A DNA stretch of 64,000 nucleotides from a bacterium. GTDB lineage: Bacteria; SZUA-182; DTGQ01; JAFGSM01. How positions within the stretch are numbered: position 1 is the stretch's first letter; each line of letters opens with the position of its first letter. The notes under the pieces were generated by a model. It did no database searches and was not told the DNA's origin. It was given only the letters and a program-made list of their open reading frames with translations. The stretch lies in NCBI GenBank assembly GCA_049472315.1, contig JBLIRN010000001.1, positions 160,001 through 224,000 on the forward strand. Direction: 5' to 3'. The translations under genes were made by a program, and so were the position numbers. Shown here one piece after another: positions 52,289 through 63,955 of the stretch.

Positions 52289-53389
52289 CTACGACGTCCG
52301 AGGGTTACTCTTGAGAATAGGTGATTCGAACCCCTTTTTCATCAAATCTTGACGAACGGCCTCTGCCTCCTTCGCGCTTTCGAAATTCTCCAGAACAACG
52401 GAATACATCGTCGTTTGAGTCAATTCCTCCCGAATAACGGTCCGGTATCCTCGCCGGTTGAGCCTTTCAACGATCCCCTTGGCACTCTCCTTATGGATAC
52501 ACGAACTAATCCGAAGAGTAAACCTCCCCTCAGAGGAGGGAATAAGCACCGGATCAAATCCATCGCCCTTTAAGCGATTGAGCACCTTTACGGCCTCCGA
52601 TTTCTGCGTAAACGTGCCGGAATATACATTATACATCTTGACCTTACCCGGATTCTCCTTGATTACCGGGGCATATCCCATGCCGATCATTTTTTTGAGC
52701 AATCCTTCCGCATTCTCCCTTATTACACAACTGCAAAACTGAAGATAATACGGTGAAGGGATTTCTGCCAAGCCTTCCCGTGACATTGCCCGGCTGACTT
52801 CTTCCTTTGGTTTCTCCTCGATCTCCTTTTTTTGCGTGGCCTGTGTTTCCCTTTGTTCCTTCATCCGGGCAGGTGCATCCTTCCGAGCGACGTCGGATGA
52901 CCCGGGAGTCCCCTTCTTTTCTCCCACGGACGGCTCAGGCGGCGGCTTTGGCGCTCCCTTGCTTTCCACAGGCGGTGCATTCTGCATTACCACCTGAGGA
53001 GGAACATCACCCTTGTCCTGGGCATCCCTGCTGATGCCCTCCTGTTTGACCCTCCCCTGATCGGAATCCTTGCCAACCTGTCCGTCGCGTTCCGGTGCGG
53101 TTACTGGCGGAGTTTCTGCCGGCTTTTTGGTCTTAACAGCCCTTTCTGCAGCCACCTTTACGGAACCGGCACCCTTTACGGATTTGGGAGCAGAGACCAT
53201 CGAGGCAATCTTTGAACCAGCCCTTTCCATCAGCAGTGAAAACCACCGTTTCCCAAAGGGCGTGGCCTGAGAGAAATACACTGCGCACAGCAGCATCAAA
53301 ATAATCAGACCGACGAGGATGAAAGGCTTATTTCCCCGAGCTTCCTTTACAGACGTGGAAGAGGGTGGGGCTAAATTGATATTTTTCAT
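52289..53389 (-). CDS. SPOR-domain membrane-anchored protein
   Basis: N-terminal TM, low-complexity Pro/Lys linker, repeated SPOR-like units (GTFTQKSEA, ENFESAKEAE). Confidence 0.75.
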   Translation of the reverse strand: MKNINLAPPSSTSVKEARGNKPFILVGLIILMLLCAVYFSQATPFGKRWFSLLMERAGSKIASMVSAPKSVKGAGSVKVAAERAVKTKKPAETPPVTAPERDGQVGKDSDQGRVKQEGISRDAQDKGDVPPQVVMQNAPPVESKGAPKPPPEPSVGEKKGTPGSSDVARKDAPARMKEQRETQATQKKEIEEKPKEEVSRAMSREGLAEIPSPYYLQFCSCVIRENAEGLLKKMIGMGYAPVIKENPGKVKMYNVYSGTFTQKSEAVKVLNRLKGDGFDPVLIPSSEGRFTLRISSCIHKESAKGIVERLNRRGYRTVIREELTQTTMYSVVLENFESAKEAEAVRQDLMKKGFESPILKSNPRTS

Positions 53390-53452
53390 TATGGTCTGTT
53401 ATCCCTCTCTGTTCCGTATGGCAATCCACTATATATAAAAAATTCAACCATG

Positions 53453-53968
53453 TCAACCGATTTTTATCCTCTCCGTTCGAATAAAATCCAGCAATTCCCT
53501 GACCGCCCCCTTGCCGCCGTACCTTTCGGTCACATAATCGACCGCCTCCCGCACCTCACGGACTGCATCACCGGGGGCCGCAGAAAACCCCACTTCCTTC
53601 AAGAGGGGCAAATCGTTCAGATCATCTCCCATAAATGCCACATCCTCGGGCACGCATGTGCATTGTTTCAGGATGCCCCTGAGCAAGCCTACCTTATCCG
53701 CCACCCCCTGCCAGACATACGCAATTTTCAGTTCGCTGGCCCGCGCCTCAACCAATCTGGAATTCCGGCCGCTGATAAGACCGACCTTGATCCCCTCCTT
53801 CTGAGCAAGGCAGATCCCCATACCATCCTTGACATTGAATGATTTAAATGCTTCGCCATCAGGGCCGTAAATCAGTTGCCCGTCAGTGAGGGTGCCGTCA
53901 ACATCCAAGAGGACGAGCCGTATACGACGCGCCTTGTTTTTCAGCGTATCCTGGGAAACAGGTGGCAT
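53453..53968 (-). CDS. kdsC: KDO 8-phosphate phosphatase
   Basis: DVDGTLTDG, FNVKDG, GDDLND, GGKGAVRE. Confidence 0.93.
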   Translation of the reverse strand: MPPVSQDTLKNKARRIRLVLLDVDGTLTDGQLIYGPDGEAFKSFNVKDGMGICLAQKEGIKVGLISGRNSRLVEARASELKIAYVWQGVADKVGLLRGILKQCTCVPEDVAFMGDDLNDLPLLKEVGFSAAPGDAVREVREAVDYVTERYGGKGAVRELLDFIRTERIKIG

Positions 53969-53970
53969 GC

Positions 53971-54933
53971 CTACACCATTCCCGCCTTCAAGAGGTCGTG
54001 GAGGTGGATGACCCCAATGGGTCTTTCGTGATCGTCAGTGCAGATGAGGGAGGTGATGGAATAGCGTTCCATGATTTCCACCGCCTTTGCTGCAATCTCA
54101 TTCTGTGAAATGGTCTTGGGATGGCAGGTCATTACCTCTTCCACCCGCTTGTGCAGGAGATCGTTATGTCGTTCCAGCAATCGCCTCAAATCGCCGTCGG
54201 TTATGATACCGGCCAATTTCCCTTTTCCATCCACCACACAGGTCATGCCCAGTCTTTTGATGGTCATTTCATAGAGGGCATCGCTCATCAGTTGCGATGC
54301 CTGAATAACCGGTATCTGATCATTTTTGTGCATGAGATCACCGATCCTCATCAAGCGCCGTCCCAAGGCACCCCCGGGGTGAAAAACGGCAAAGTCCTCT
54401 TCCTTGAAACCCTTCTTTGACAAAAGAGCTATGGCCAAGGCGTCCCCAAGCGCCAGGGAAACCGTCGTACTCACCGTCGGGACAAGGTCGAAAGGACACG
54501 CCTCTTTTTCAAACGAGGCGTTCAAAAAGCAGTCACTTTCCCGTGCCAGCGTGGAAAGCGGGTTGCTGCTGATACAGATTAGGGGGATACCGAATCGCTT
54601 GATACAGGGGATAAGGCCCTTTATTTCATCCGTTTCCCCGCTTCGCGACATTGCCAGCACCACGTCGCCCCGGACCATCATTCCCAAATCACCGTGCATG
54701 GCGTCGGCAGGATGAAGAAAAAAGGCAGGTGTTCCGGTGCTCGCAAGGGTTGCGGCGATCTTCTTACAGATGAGGCCTGATTTGCCCATCCCCGTTACCA
54801 CCACCCTCCCCCTGGAGGTATAAATCAAATCCACGGCCTTGACAAAATTCTCGTCAAGCCGTTCCTTCAATTCCAGGATTGATCGCCCCTCAAGGTCCAG
54901 AACATCCCTGGCCTGCTCCAAAATGTCACTCAT
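53971..54933 (-). CDS. kdsD: Arabinose-5-phosphate isomerase (KpsF/GutQ, SIS+CBS)
   Basis: GMGKSG, HGDLG, EACP, HPGGALG, TDGDLRR. Confidence 0.93.
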   Translation of the reverse strand: MSDILEQARDVLDLEGRSILELKERLDENFVKAVDLIYTSRGRVVVTGMGKSGLICKKIAATLASTGTPAFFLHPADAMHGDLGMMVRGDVVLAMSRSGETDEIKGLIPCIKRFGIPLICISSNPLSTLARESDCFLNASFEKEACPFDLVPTVSTTVSLALGDALAIALLSKKGFKEEDFAVFHPGGALGRRLMRIGDLMHKNDQIPVIQASQLMSDALYEMTIKRLGMTCVVDGKGKLAGIITDGDLRRLLERHNDLLHKRVEEVMTCHPKTISQNEIAAKAVEIMERYSITSLICTDDHERPIGVIHLHDLLKAGMV

Positions 54934-56461
54934 AATCCTCCCTCACCTTGTTGACATCCCGTACACATCTGAATCCCGCACACCTGTATCCGCCATCAGG
55001 GCATCCCCCCCTGCGGAAGGCTGCGCGTAACTCGTCCGGGCGGCTCTCCCAGCCTCCGCCTCTCAATACATGCCATGAACCTTCAGAGGGACCCTGGGGA
55101 TTTACATGCCCCGTCTGGTGGTAGTATTCGGGACTATACCAGTCCGCGCACCATTCCCACACATTGCCCGCCATATCGAGACATCCGAAGGGGCTCACCC
55201 CCTTTGGATAGCTCCCTATCGCGGCGGGGCCGTCGGAGGTGCTGTTATCCTTCGAGAAGCACCGCCCTTCCTCCCAGGCATCTCCCCATGGGTACCGCCT
55301 GCCGTCCGTACCGCGTGCGGCCTTCTCCCATTCGGCCTCGGTGGGGAGCCTTTTTTTCGCCCATGCGGCGTAATCAACAGCATCCTCCCAACTCACCCCG
55401 GTGACGGGCTGATCAGGTTGATCAAAACCGGGCTTCCCCCACAGCAGAGGAGGGCGATGGCGCGTTTCCTTTAAGAACACCTCATACTGCACATTGGTCA
55501 CCTCATATTTGTCGATATAAAAGGCATCCAGAAAGACCTCATGGACGGGATCCTCGTCCTCACGCTCCTTCGAACCCATCGTAAAGGGACCGGCAGGGAC
55601 AAGCACCATTGACTCGAATCGACTCAGATTCATTGCATTGAGCGCGGCATGCAAGGCCTTGGGCTCACATCCGTCATTATCCTGTCCCTTCCCTTCCGTT
55701 GACGTCCCGGCCATCCTATCCTTGATGACCCTTACGAGGTCCTTCATATCCTTTATGTCCCCGCAGCCCTCCAGGTCGAGCAGTTGGCCGTTCGTCTCTG
55801 TAGAACTCTCCCTCCTCATGGGGTCATCCACGTCATGCTGCCCGGCTTTGATCTTTCCCGCAAGCCGAGCGGCAAGTTCCTCGATTCGCCAGTCGATATC
55901 CTCCAGCCTTTCGGGGAAGGATATCTGATCCGTCACCTCAACCTCCCTGGTGATCGTGTCGAAGATCTTTATGCTGACGGTATATCGCCCGTCGAGTTTA
56001 TTCACCAGCCCTACCAGGATCTTTTCGATCCCCAGCATCCAGCCGATTTCCAGGGCGGCTTCATGATCGGATACACCGCACTTTTGAAGAAACCTAAGGG
56101 TGCCCTGGGGATCGAAAATTGAGGGATGACATTCAATCTTGTTGCACCCCGAGGGTCTCAGAAAACCTTGCTTGTTGAGGATCTCGCTCATTTCTTCCTT
56201 GCTCATCACATCGAATTGCTGAAGATGACCCAGGTGTGTCCTGATGTGTTGTGCGATTGTCTCTCCCAGATCCACAGAGAGATTCGGCGAGGTCTCAAGA
56301 TCGATGACTGCAATGCCGATCTTATTCGATGCGGGTGCAACTCCTGTAATAAGGCATACGACCGCAATGACGACCCCCCAGAGCAGCCCGATGCGGCAAG
56401 GGGCTCCACCCATTAGTCTTTCTGCATTCCTCAATGCACACCCCTCTATGGTTAAATCCAT
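54926..56461 (-). CDS. FGE-sulfatase (SUMF1) domain protein with N-terminal CsgG/TolB-N-like domain
   Basis: FTMGS, YEVTN, RLPTEAEWEKAARG, DMAGNVWEW, RGGGW, GFRC; N-terminal hydrophobic segment; start uncertain. Confidence 0.8.
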   Translation of the reverse strand: MDLTIEGCALRNAERLMGGAPCRIGLLWGVVIAVVCLITGVAPASNKIGIAVIDLETSPNLSVDLGETIAQHIRTHLGHLQQFDVMSKEEMSEILNKQGFLRPSGCNKIECHPSIFDPQGTLRFLQKCGVSDHEAALEIGWMLGIEKILVGLVNKLDGRYTVSIKIFDTITREVEVTDQISFPERLEDIDWRIEELAARLAGKIKAGQHDVDDPMRRESSTETNGQLLDLEGCGDIKDMKDLVRVIKDRMAGTSTEGKGQDNDGCEPKALHAALNAMNLSRFESMVLVPAGPFTMGSKEREDEDPVHEVFLDAFYIDKYEVTNVQYEVFLKETRHRPPLLWGKPGFDQPDQPVTGVSWEDAVDYAAWAKKRLPTEAEWEKAARGTDGRRYPWGDAWEEGRCFSKDNSTSDGPAAIGSYPKGVSPFGCLDMAGNVWEWCADWYSPEYYHQTGHVNPQGPSEGSWHVLRGGGWESRPDELRAAFRRGGCPDGGYRCAGFRCVRDVNKVREDYE

Positions 56462-57318
56462 CCACCGCCTTTTATCAGGGCATCAATCTCCATGGCCTGA
56501 AGGAGAATACCCTCCAGATCATCGAGCGGTATCATATTGGGACCATCACAGAGCGCCTCATCAGGCCTGTCGTGTACCTCCAGGAAAAGGGCATCACACC
56601 CCACCGCAACGGCCGCCCTGATAAGGTATGGACAGAATTCCCTTTCACCCCCTGATGCGATCCCCTTGTGAGCGGGCAATTGAACGCTGTGCGTGGCATC
56701 AAATACAACAGGGTAGCCGAACCCCCGTATGATGGGGAATGACCTGAAATCCACCACCAGATTATGGTAGCCGAACGCATATCCCCTTTCGGTGATCAGC
56801 ACCTGGTCGTTTCCCGCTTGCAATGCCTTTGCAGCGATCTGGCCCACCTGACTGGGAGCGATGAACTGCCCCTTCTTAATGTTGATGGGCTTTCCTGTCT
56901 GTGCGGCGGACACTATGAGATCGGTTTGCCTGCACAAAAACGCGGGAATCTGGATCACATCGAGCACATCCGCAACCATTGCCGCCTGATCCGGGGTATG
57001 GATGTCCGAGAGTAGTGGAACACCTACCTCATTCTTGACCTTTTTAAGGATGGCAAGCCCCGCATCGAGGCCAGGTCCCCGATACGATGAATGGGCGGTT
57101 CGATTGGCCTTATCAAAGGATGCCTTGAAAATGAAGGGGATGTTCAGTCGGGAGGTCAGTTTCTTGAGGATTTCGGCCATGCGCATACAATGTGACTCCG
57201 ACTCGATAACGCAGGGACCTGCAATGAGGGTGAGCGGGGCACCACCACCCACGATAACGCCCTCAATGTGTATCTGGTGAGGCGGATGATTATCCCTCTG
57301 TATCTGCCCCCCCTCCAT
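56452..57318 (-). CDS. kdsA: KDO 8-phosphate synthase
   Basis: AGPCVIES, KASFDKANRT, IPAFLCRQTD, DATHSVQ, CDGP. Confidence 0.97.
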   Translation of the reverse strand: MEGGQIQRDNHPPHQIHIEGVIVGGGAPLTLIAGPCVIESESHCMRMAEILKKLTSRLNIPFIFKASFDKANRTAHSSYRGPGLDAGLAILKKVKNEVGVPLLSDIHTPDQAAMVADVLDVIQIPAFLCRQTDLIVSAAQTGKPINIKKGQFIAPSQVGQIAAKALQAGNDQVLITERGYAFGYHNLVVDFRSFPIIRGFGYPVVFDATHSVQLPAHKGIASGGEREFCPYLIRAAVAVGCDALFLEVHDRPDEALCDGPNMIPLDDLEGILLQAMEIDALIKGGGWI

Positions 57319-57330
57319 GCCCTCTTTTCC

Positions 57331-58959
<1,629 letters not shown>

Positions 58960-59504
58960 CTAATGTGCATTGCCGCCTGCCAAGGATTCAATGCTCGCTT
59001 GCGAAGGGGATTCAGGATTTATGGATCGTTCAATACCGCTCCGCTTATGCTGCGGATACGGCCTGGCCTTAAAAAAATAAGGCCCCCGGAGAAGTCATTT
59101 GGCTCTTTTTCATTGTGTCTCAGGAGGTCTTCAATTCTGGCAATAAAAACGATCCACATATAATTCAATAGTGGGAAGTGGTATCCATTGAATCCGTAAA
59201 CGGGGTAAGTATAGTATACCCCTGTAGACAATTCAAGGGCATTCGGGCACCTTGTCCAGGCACCTACGTCCCGCAACAGGAGAAATTCGTTGTTTTTACC
59301 AAAGCAAAGCTGTCGATTTCGATATTCGAGACCTTGCCAAGGCAAGCGATGAGGGATGAGAGAATTATACGCGGAGATATCGTAGGAATCCGAGATTTAT
59401 TCATTATATTTTAAAATGATGGCAAAATTTGAATACATAGCTGAATATATCATAAAAAATGGAGGCGTAATCATAAACGCATACGGCCAATCCCGTGAAG
59501 ATTC

Positions 59505-59534
59505 TTTACAAAGCACTCTAAAAAGTGGTATAAT
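59505..59534 (+). promoter_or_regulatory. Sigma70-type promoter upstream of 59582
   Basis: TTTACA-N18-TATAAT with TG extension (TGGTATAAT). Confidence 0.55.
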
Positions 59535-59581
59535 TTCATAGGTCTTAGTTATAGTTAATCCCTTTTTCCTAGAAAGGTTGG

Positions 59582-60043
59582 GTGAGAGAGGTGAGAAAAA
59601 CTATCCTAGTGTCCTTCCTGATTCTTTTAATCCCCCTTATATGCATCAATGCAACTGCTCAGCAATACTACTCCGGGTATTACACCAGTCCCTACTACGG
59701 TGGATACTACGGCGGGTACGGCTACGGCTCTCCCTCCTACGGCTATAGCGGCTACGGCGGGTACGGCTACGGCTATCCCTCCTACGGCTATAGTGGCTAC
59801 GGCGGGTACGGCTACGGCTCTCCCTCCTACGGCTACGGCGGCTGCGCACCCCGTCAAGGTGGTTTCGGTCCGCCCGGGCATGGCAGTCAAGGATGCGGAA
59901 GAGGCCGGGAACACGATCCCTGGTCTAAATATTTTGCTGCCCTGGCCGTTGTGAATGCCCGACTCCAGACCATGCAAATGCTCTACGGAAGTCTGCATCT
60001 CAGCGGGGCATTGGGAAACAGTGCAGCCATATTGCTCCAGTGA
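59582..60043 (+). CDS. Secreted Gly/Tyr/Ser-rich repeat protein
   Basis: GTG start, signal ending ATA-QQYY, GGYGYGSPSYGYSGY repeats, non-repetitive C-terminus. Confidence 0.78.
   Translation: MREVRKTILVSFLILLIPLICINATAQQYYSGYYTSPYYGGYYGGYGYGSPSYGYSGYGGYGYGYPSYGYSGYGGYGYGSPSYGYGGCAPRQGGFGPPGHGSQGCGRGREHDPWSKYFAALAVVNARLQTMQMLYGSLHLSGALGNSAAILLQ
59711..59836 (+). repeat. 45-bp tandem repeat (about 2.8 copies)
   Basis: Units start at 59711, 59756, 59801: GGCGGGTACGGCTACGGCT(C/A)TCCCTCCTACGGCTA... Confidence 0.88.
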
Positions 60044-60156
60044 TCATTTCCACGTATTGAAAATGGATGGCGAGCAAAACTGCTGATCACTTTTCCTTGC
60101 CGTGACGCGTATGCAATTGAAACTGTGACATAATTTCTATAAGAAAGGGGTGTGTC

Positions 60157-60642
60157 ATGACGTATCGAGCGATGCGACGTGCCTGCGTGGTCATTTTATT
60201 CTCGCTTTTATTGCTTGTGTCTATTAGCCTGAGCAACGCGAGCGCCTATTTTTCATCAACCTACGGCGGCTATAGTGGGCTCTACGGTGGCTACGGTGGC
60301 GGCTATGGCGGACTCTACGGCGGCTACGGTGGCATGTATGGTGGCCTCTATGGCGGCTATGGCGGACTCTACGGCATGTATGGTGGCGGCTACGGCGGGC
60401 TCTACGGCATGTACGGCGGCGGCTATGGCGGCCTTTACGGCGGCTATGGCGGGCTCTACGGCATATACGGCGGCGGCTATGGCGGACTCTACGGCATGTA
60501 CGGACTTGACCTCGGACTGGGCACTATGCTTAATCCGTTGTCGTATTATTCCTTCGGCGGCATGTATGGCCCATGGAATTCGTTTGATCCGCTTGCCGAT
60601 CCGTTGCTGGGATTGGGGATGTTTTCTGCGGGGCTCTTATAA
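60157..60642 (+). CDS. Secreted Gly/Tyr-rich protein (GGYGGLYG repeats)
   Basis: Signal ending ASA-YF, about 80 aa of GGYGGLYGMY repeats; AAGGGGTG RBS. Confidence 0.82.
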   Translation: MTYRAMRRACVVILFSLLLLVSISLSNASAYFSSTYGGYSGLYGGYGGGYGGLYGGYGGMYGGLYGGYGGLYGMYGGGYGGLYGMYGGGYGGLYGGYGGLYGIYGGGYGGLYGMYGLDLGLGTMLNPLSYYSFGGMYGPWNSFDPLADPLLGLGMFSAGLL

Positions 60643-60931
60643 TACGTGATGGATTTACGATCAACCGCCCCTTTTATACCCCATTGGAATGGACAAACCA
60701 TGAATGGCCATTATGCAATGTAATTCATTCATTGGAATCGTTATAAATTCAAGGGGTATGTAAAGCGATGCGGGAAGATATGAAAGGCTTTTCATACTAT
60801 CATGTATTTTATCTGCCGTTCATGTGATAGCAATAGATCGATTTGTCATTCGGCATACTCATTATAACTATTAAGTTATTGTTTCATTATATGTCTTCAT
60901 GCCGGATAAAAAAATAGGGAGGGCTCCCTGT

Positions 60932-60947
60932 CGGCATAAAAATTGCA
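60932..60947 (+). promoter_or_regulatory. Sigma54 -24/-12 promoter
   Basis: CGGCAT-AAAAA-TTGCA upstream of 61216. Confidence 0.65.
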
Positions 60948-61215
60948 GCAAATATTATTGAATTATAGATGTTTTATTTTTCAGACGAGGTATATATCAA
61001 CTAGAATTTCTTGGTTATCGATTCATAATATTTAAATTCAACAAATTAAGCGATATGAAGTTCGCTGTAGACCCCAGGAGGTGATTAGTATGATGTATCC
61101 ATATATGAAACTAAGGAGGTGGTGTTAAGGAACAAAATGTCGTAGGGTTTATGTTTGTGACATATTAAACTCCCAAAATAAGTGATTACAGTGCAAGGTT
61201 CATGGAGGTAGGATT

Positions 61216-61719
61216 ATGAAGAAAAGCATTTTATTTGTTTGCATTCTGGTAATCGCTCTCGGCCTTTGTTTCTCCGGTGCCCAAGCCTACTATGGCGGCC
61301 TCTACGGCGGTTACGGCGGCCTTTTGGGCGGTTACAGCAGCCTTTTGGGCGGCTATGGCGGTTACGGCGGCCTGATGGGTCTCTACGGCGGACTTTATGG
61401 CGGCCTGATGGGCCTCTACGGCGGCATGTATGGCGGCATGTATGGCATGTATGGCGGCATGTATGGCATGTATGGCAGCATGTACAGCCCGTTCGGCTTC
61501 AATAACCTCTACTATCCTGTGCAAACGGCCGGTGGGCTGACCTATCAGGTACCGTTCCTGCAGATTGCTCCTCTACTGGGTGTTGCTGGATTGTATAACC
61601 AACTCTTCCCGAATCTGTTTAATCCTCAGCCGCAGGCTGCACCCATTGTCAATGTGAGCACGCCGACCTCATTAGGCATAACCTTCCCCACTCCAATTGG
61701 TACCTTTGCGATAACCTGA
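61216..61719 (+). CDS. Secreted Gly/Tyr/Met-rich protein (GGLYG/GGMYG repeats)
   Basis: MKKS+hydrophobic signal ending AQA-YYG; GGAGG RBS; terminator follows. Confidence 0.85.
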   Translation: MKKSILFVCILVIALGLCFSGAQAYYGGLYGGYGGLLGGYSSLLGGYGGYGGLMGLYGGLYGGLMGLYGGMYGGMYGMYGGMYGMYGSMYSPFGFNNLYYPVQTAGGLTYQVPFLQIAPLLGVAGLYNQLFPNLFNPQPQAAPIVNVSTPTSLGITFPTPIGTFAIT

Positions 61720-61733
61720 TACTATCCGGTTAC

Positions 61734-61773
61734 AAAAAAGGCGCAGGGATTATCAATCCCTGCGCCTTTTTTT
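61734..61773. terminator. Intrinsic (bidirectional-type) terminator
   Basis: AAAAAAGGCGCAGGGATT-ATC-AATCCCTGCGCCTTTTTTT. Confidence 0.9.
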
Positions 61774-61942
61774 GCCCTTTTTACGAAAACGATCCTGGCA
61801 GACATTCTTCTTTGAAAACATTCCAAGAAATATTGAGCAACTACTCCGGGCTGTTGTATCGCGTCGGCAATTATCTTACTATACCCATGGCAACCATCTT
61901 TGATCACCATATGGGCAATATTCCATATACCGGAGGCCTTCT

Positions 61943-63955
61943 GTGAGGGGCAGGAATAAACGAATCATACTGGTCGGTATTGCCGCCATCGTCATCCTCA
62001 CCGTTTTTGCGTATCGGGGCAGCATCCGCGATCATCTCCTGGAGTGGGACGATCAGGTCTACGTGCGAGAGAATCCCTACATAAAGGGCATAACTCGCTC
62101 ACATCTCAAGGCCATCCTCACACAACCCTATTTCAAAAACTTCAGCCCCCTTCATCTTCTCTCCTATTGTGCTGACCATGCCCTGTGGGGAGAAAATTAT
62201 GCCGGGTATCACCTCACCAACCTGGCCATCCATATCATCAATGGGTTCCTTCTTCTACTCCTTGTGTTCCTCTGGACACATGATTATTGGATCGCCCTTT
62301 TTGTTGCCGCCGCATTGCTCATACATCCCGTGCATGTGGAGTCTGTGGCCTGGATCTCCGAACGGAAGGGGCTGTTATGCGCCCTGTTCTTTTTCGGTGC
62401 CTTGATTGCGTATGACCGGCTCAAAAAAACCGGTGTACGGGGATGGTATCTTGCAGCCTTCCTTCTCTTTTCCCTGAGCATCCTGTCAAAGCCCATGGCC
62501 ATCACCCTTCCCTTGATTCTCATACTCCTGGATCGAACCGTCTACCGGGAACATTCTTCCCTCGGAGACCTCATCCCCTTTTTCATCCTCTCCCTTTTTT
62601 CGGGCCTTATCACGGTATGGGCACTAGAAACCGGCGGGGGGATCAAGGGATACGTCGGGGGCAACCTCGCCGCCTCCCTTCTCTCCATCCCCGTTATCAT
62701 ACTCCGCTATATCTCCCGGATCCTCTGGCCGTTCCCCCCATTCAGGCTTTCTGCACGATATGTACTCCGATGGAATATGGTTGCCCCGCGTGCAGCACTC
62801 CCTGCCTGGGGCATGCTGGTACTCATTGCGTTTCTTGTATTCTACCTTCACTCCCGGCTTCCCTCCGGCGAAAGGCGTATCACCGTTGCAGGGACCGCCT
62901 GGTTTTTCATCACCCTGCTGCCGGTGCTGAACATTATCCCCACCAGCACGCAGATGGCCGACCGGTATCTCTATCTCCCCGCCATCGGCATTTACGTAGC
63001 GATGGGGACATTGCTGGCACGGGGAATACGAAGGCTCACTCGGGTATCCCCGGCAGGGATGATCTCTCTCGTGGTCCCGCTGATATGGCTGGCCTGCCTC
63101 GGCGTGAAAACACGCACACGGGTGGCCATCTGGCAATCGGATCAAACCCTTTGGGAGGATGCCTTGGAGGAAGACCCCAAAAACCATTATGCCCTCACCA
63201 ATCTGGCAAACGTCTACCTGCATCAGGCACTCGACGAGCCAGACACGACACGACGAGGGGAGGCCGCCGAGAAGGCGGGCAGCCTCTTCCTCCATGCCCT
63301 GGAGATCAGTCCGGAACATGCATCCGCGCACCTGGGGATAGCGAGCACCCTCGTTCATATGGGTTCCTCTCAAAAGGCCCTACCCCATCTCAGCCGGGCA
63401 TTACTCTACAATACGGAGCCCCTCCGAAGGGTTCGAATATACTATACCGCGGGGCTCGCATTCATGCATATCGGGCGAAGGGACGAGGCAGACCTCTGGT
63501 TTCATAAGGCAATAGAGGAGGACAGGGGGTTTAAGCCCGCCTATTTCGGCCTTGGCCATCTTTATATGAGCATCGCACAGAACACGGAGAAAAGGGACCT
63601 GTGGCTGCAACGCGCCGCAGAAGTATATCAGGAGGTGATGCGCCGGTACCCTGAAGAATTCAAGGCGTATTTCTCTCTGGCAGTGGTGAGGGAGAACGAG
63701 GGGCGTCCAGCCGAGGCACTGGCACTCTACAGGCAGGCCCTTGATCTCCCGGCGTCACCAGGGGAGGAAAGGGAAAGGGCCGATGCCCACATCAACATCG
63801 GAATCATCCACCAGCGGCAGGGAAGATATTCCCAGGCGATGTTCCATTACAGGGAGGCGCTGAGGATTGCACCCGGGCATTCCCGGGCACAGGAGATCGA
63901 GAGGACACTTGAGGAGCTTCGGAAGGCCCTCTCCGCACAGCGGCCTGCCCTATGA
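61943..63955 (+). CDS. TMTC-like multi-TM (GT-C type) protein with C-terminal TPRs
   Basis: WDDQVYV..NP loop, HPVHVESVAWISERK, ADRYLYLP, many TM segments, TPR repeats. Confidence 0.82.
   Translation: MRGRNKRIILVGIAAIVILTVFAYRGSIRDHLLEWDDQVYVRENPYIKGITRSHLKAILTQPYFKNFSPLHLLSYCADHALWGENYAGYHLTNLAIHIINGFLLLLLVFLWTHDYWIALFVAAALLIHPVHVESVAWISERKGLLCALFFFGALIAYDRLKKTGVRGWYLAAFLLFSLSILSKPMAITLPLILILLDRTVYREHSSLGDLIPFFILSLFSGLITVWALETGGGIKGYVGGNLAASLLSIPVIILRYISRILWPFPPFRLSARYVLRWNMVAPRAALPAWGMLVLIAFLVFYLHSRLPSGERRITVAGTAWFFITLLPVLNIIPTSTQMADRYLYLPAIGIYVAMGTLLARGIRRLTRVSPAGMISLVVPLIWLACLGVKTRTRVAIWQSDQTLWEDALEEDPKNHYALTNLANVYLHQALDEPDTTRRGEAAEKAGSLFLHALEISPEHASAHLGIASTLVHMGSSQKALPHLSRALLYNTEPLRRVRIYYTAGLAFMHIGRRDEADLWFHKAIEEDRGFKPAYFGLGHLYMSIAQNTEKRDLWLQRAAEVYQEVMRRYPEEFKAYFSLAVVRENEGRPAEALALYRQALDLPASPGEERERADAHINIGIIHQRQGRYSQAMFHYREALRIAPGHSRAQEIERTLEELRKALSAQRPAL

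Noticed and set aside
59019..59414. Short ORFs between pyrG and the Gly/Tyr cluster
   Set aside because: No RBS or motif support; region looks like divergent promoter DNA
59711..60500. Periodic repeats as a possible CRISPR array
   Set aside because: No unique spacers; periods are multiples of three and encode Gly/Tyr repeats; no cas genes
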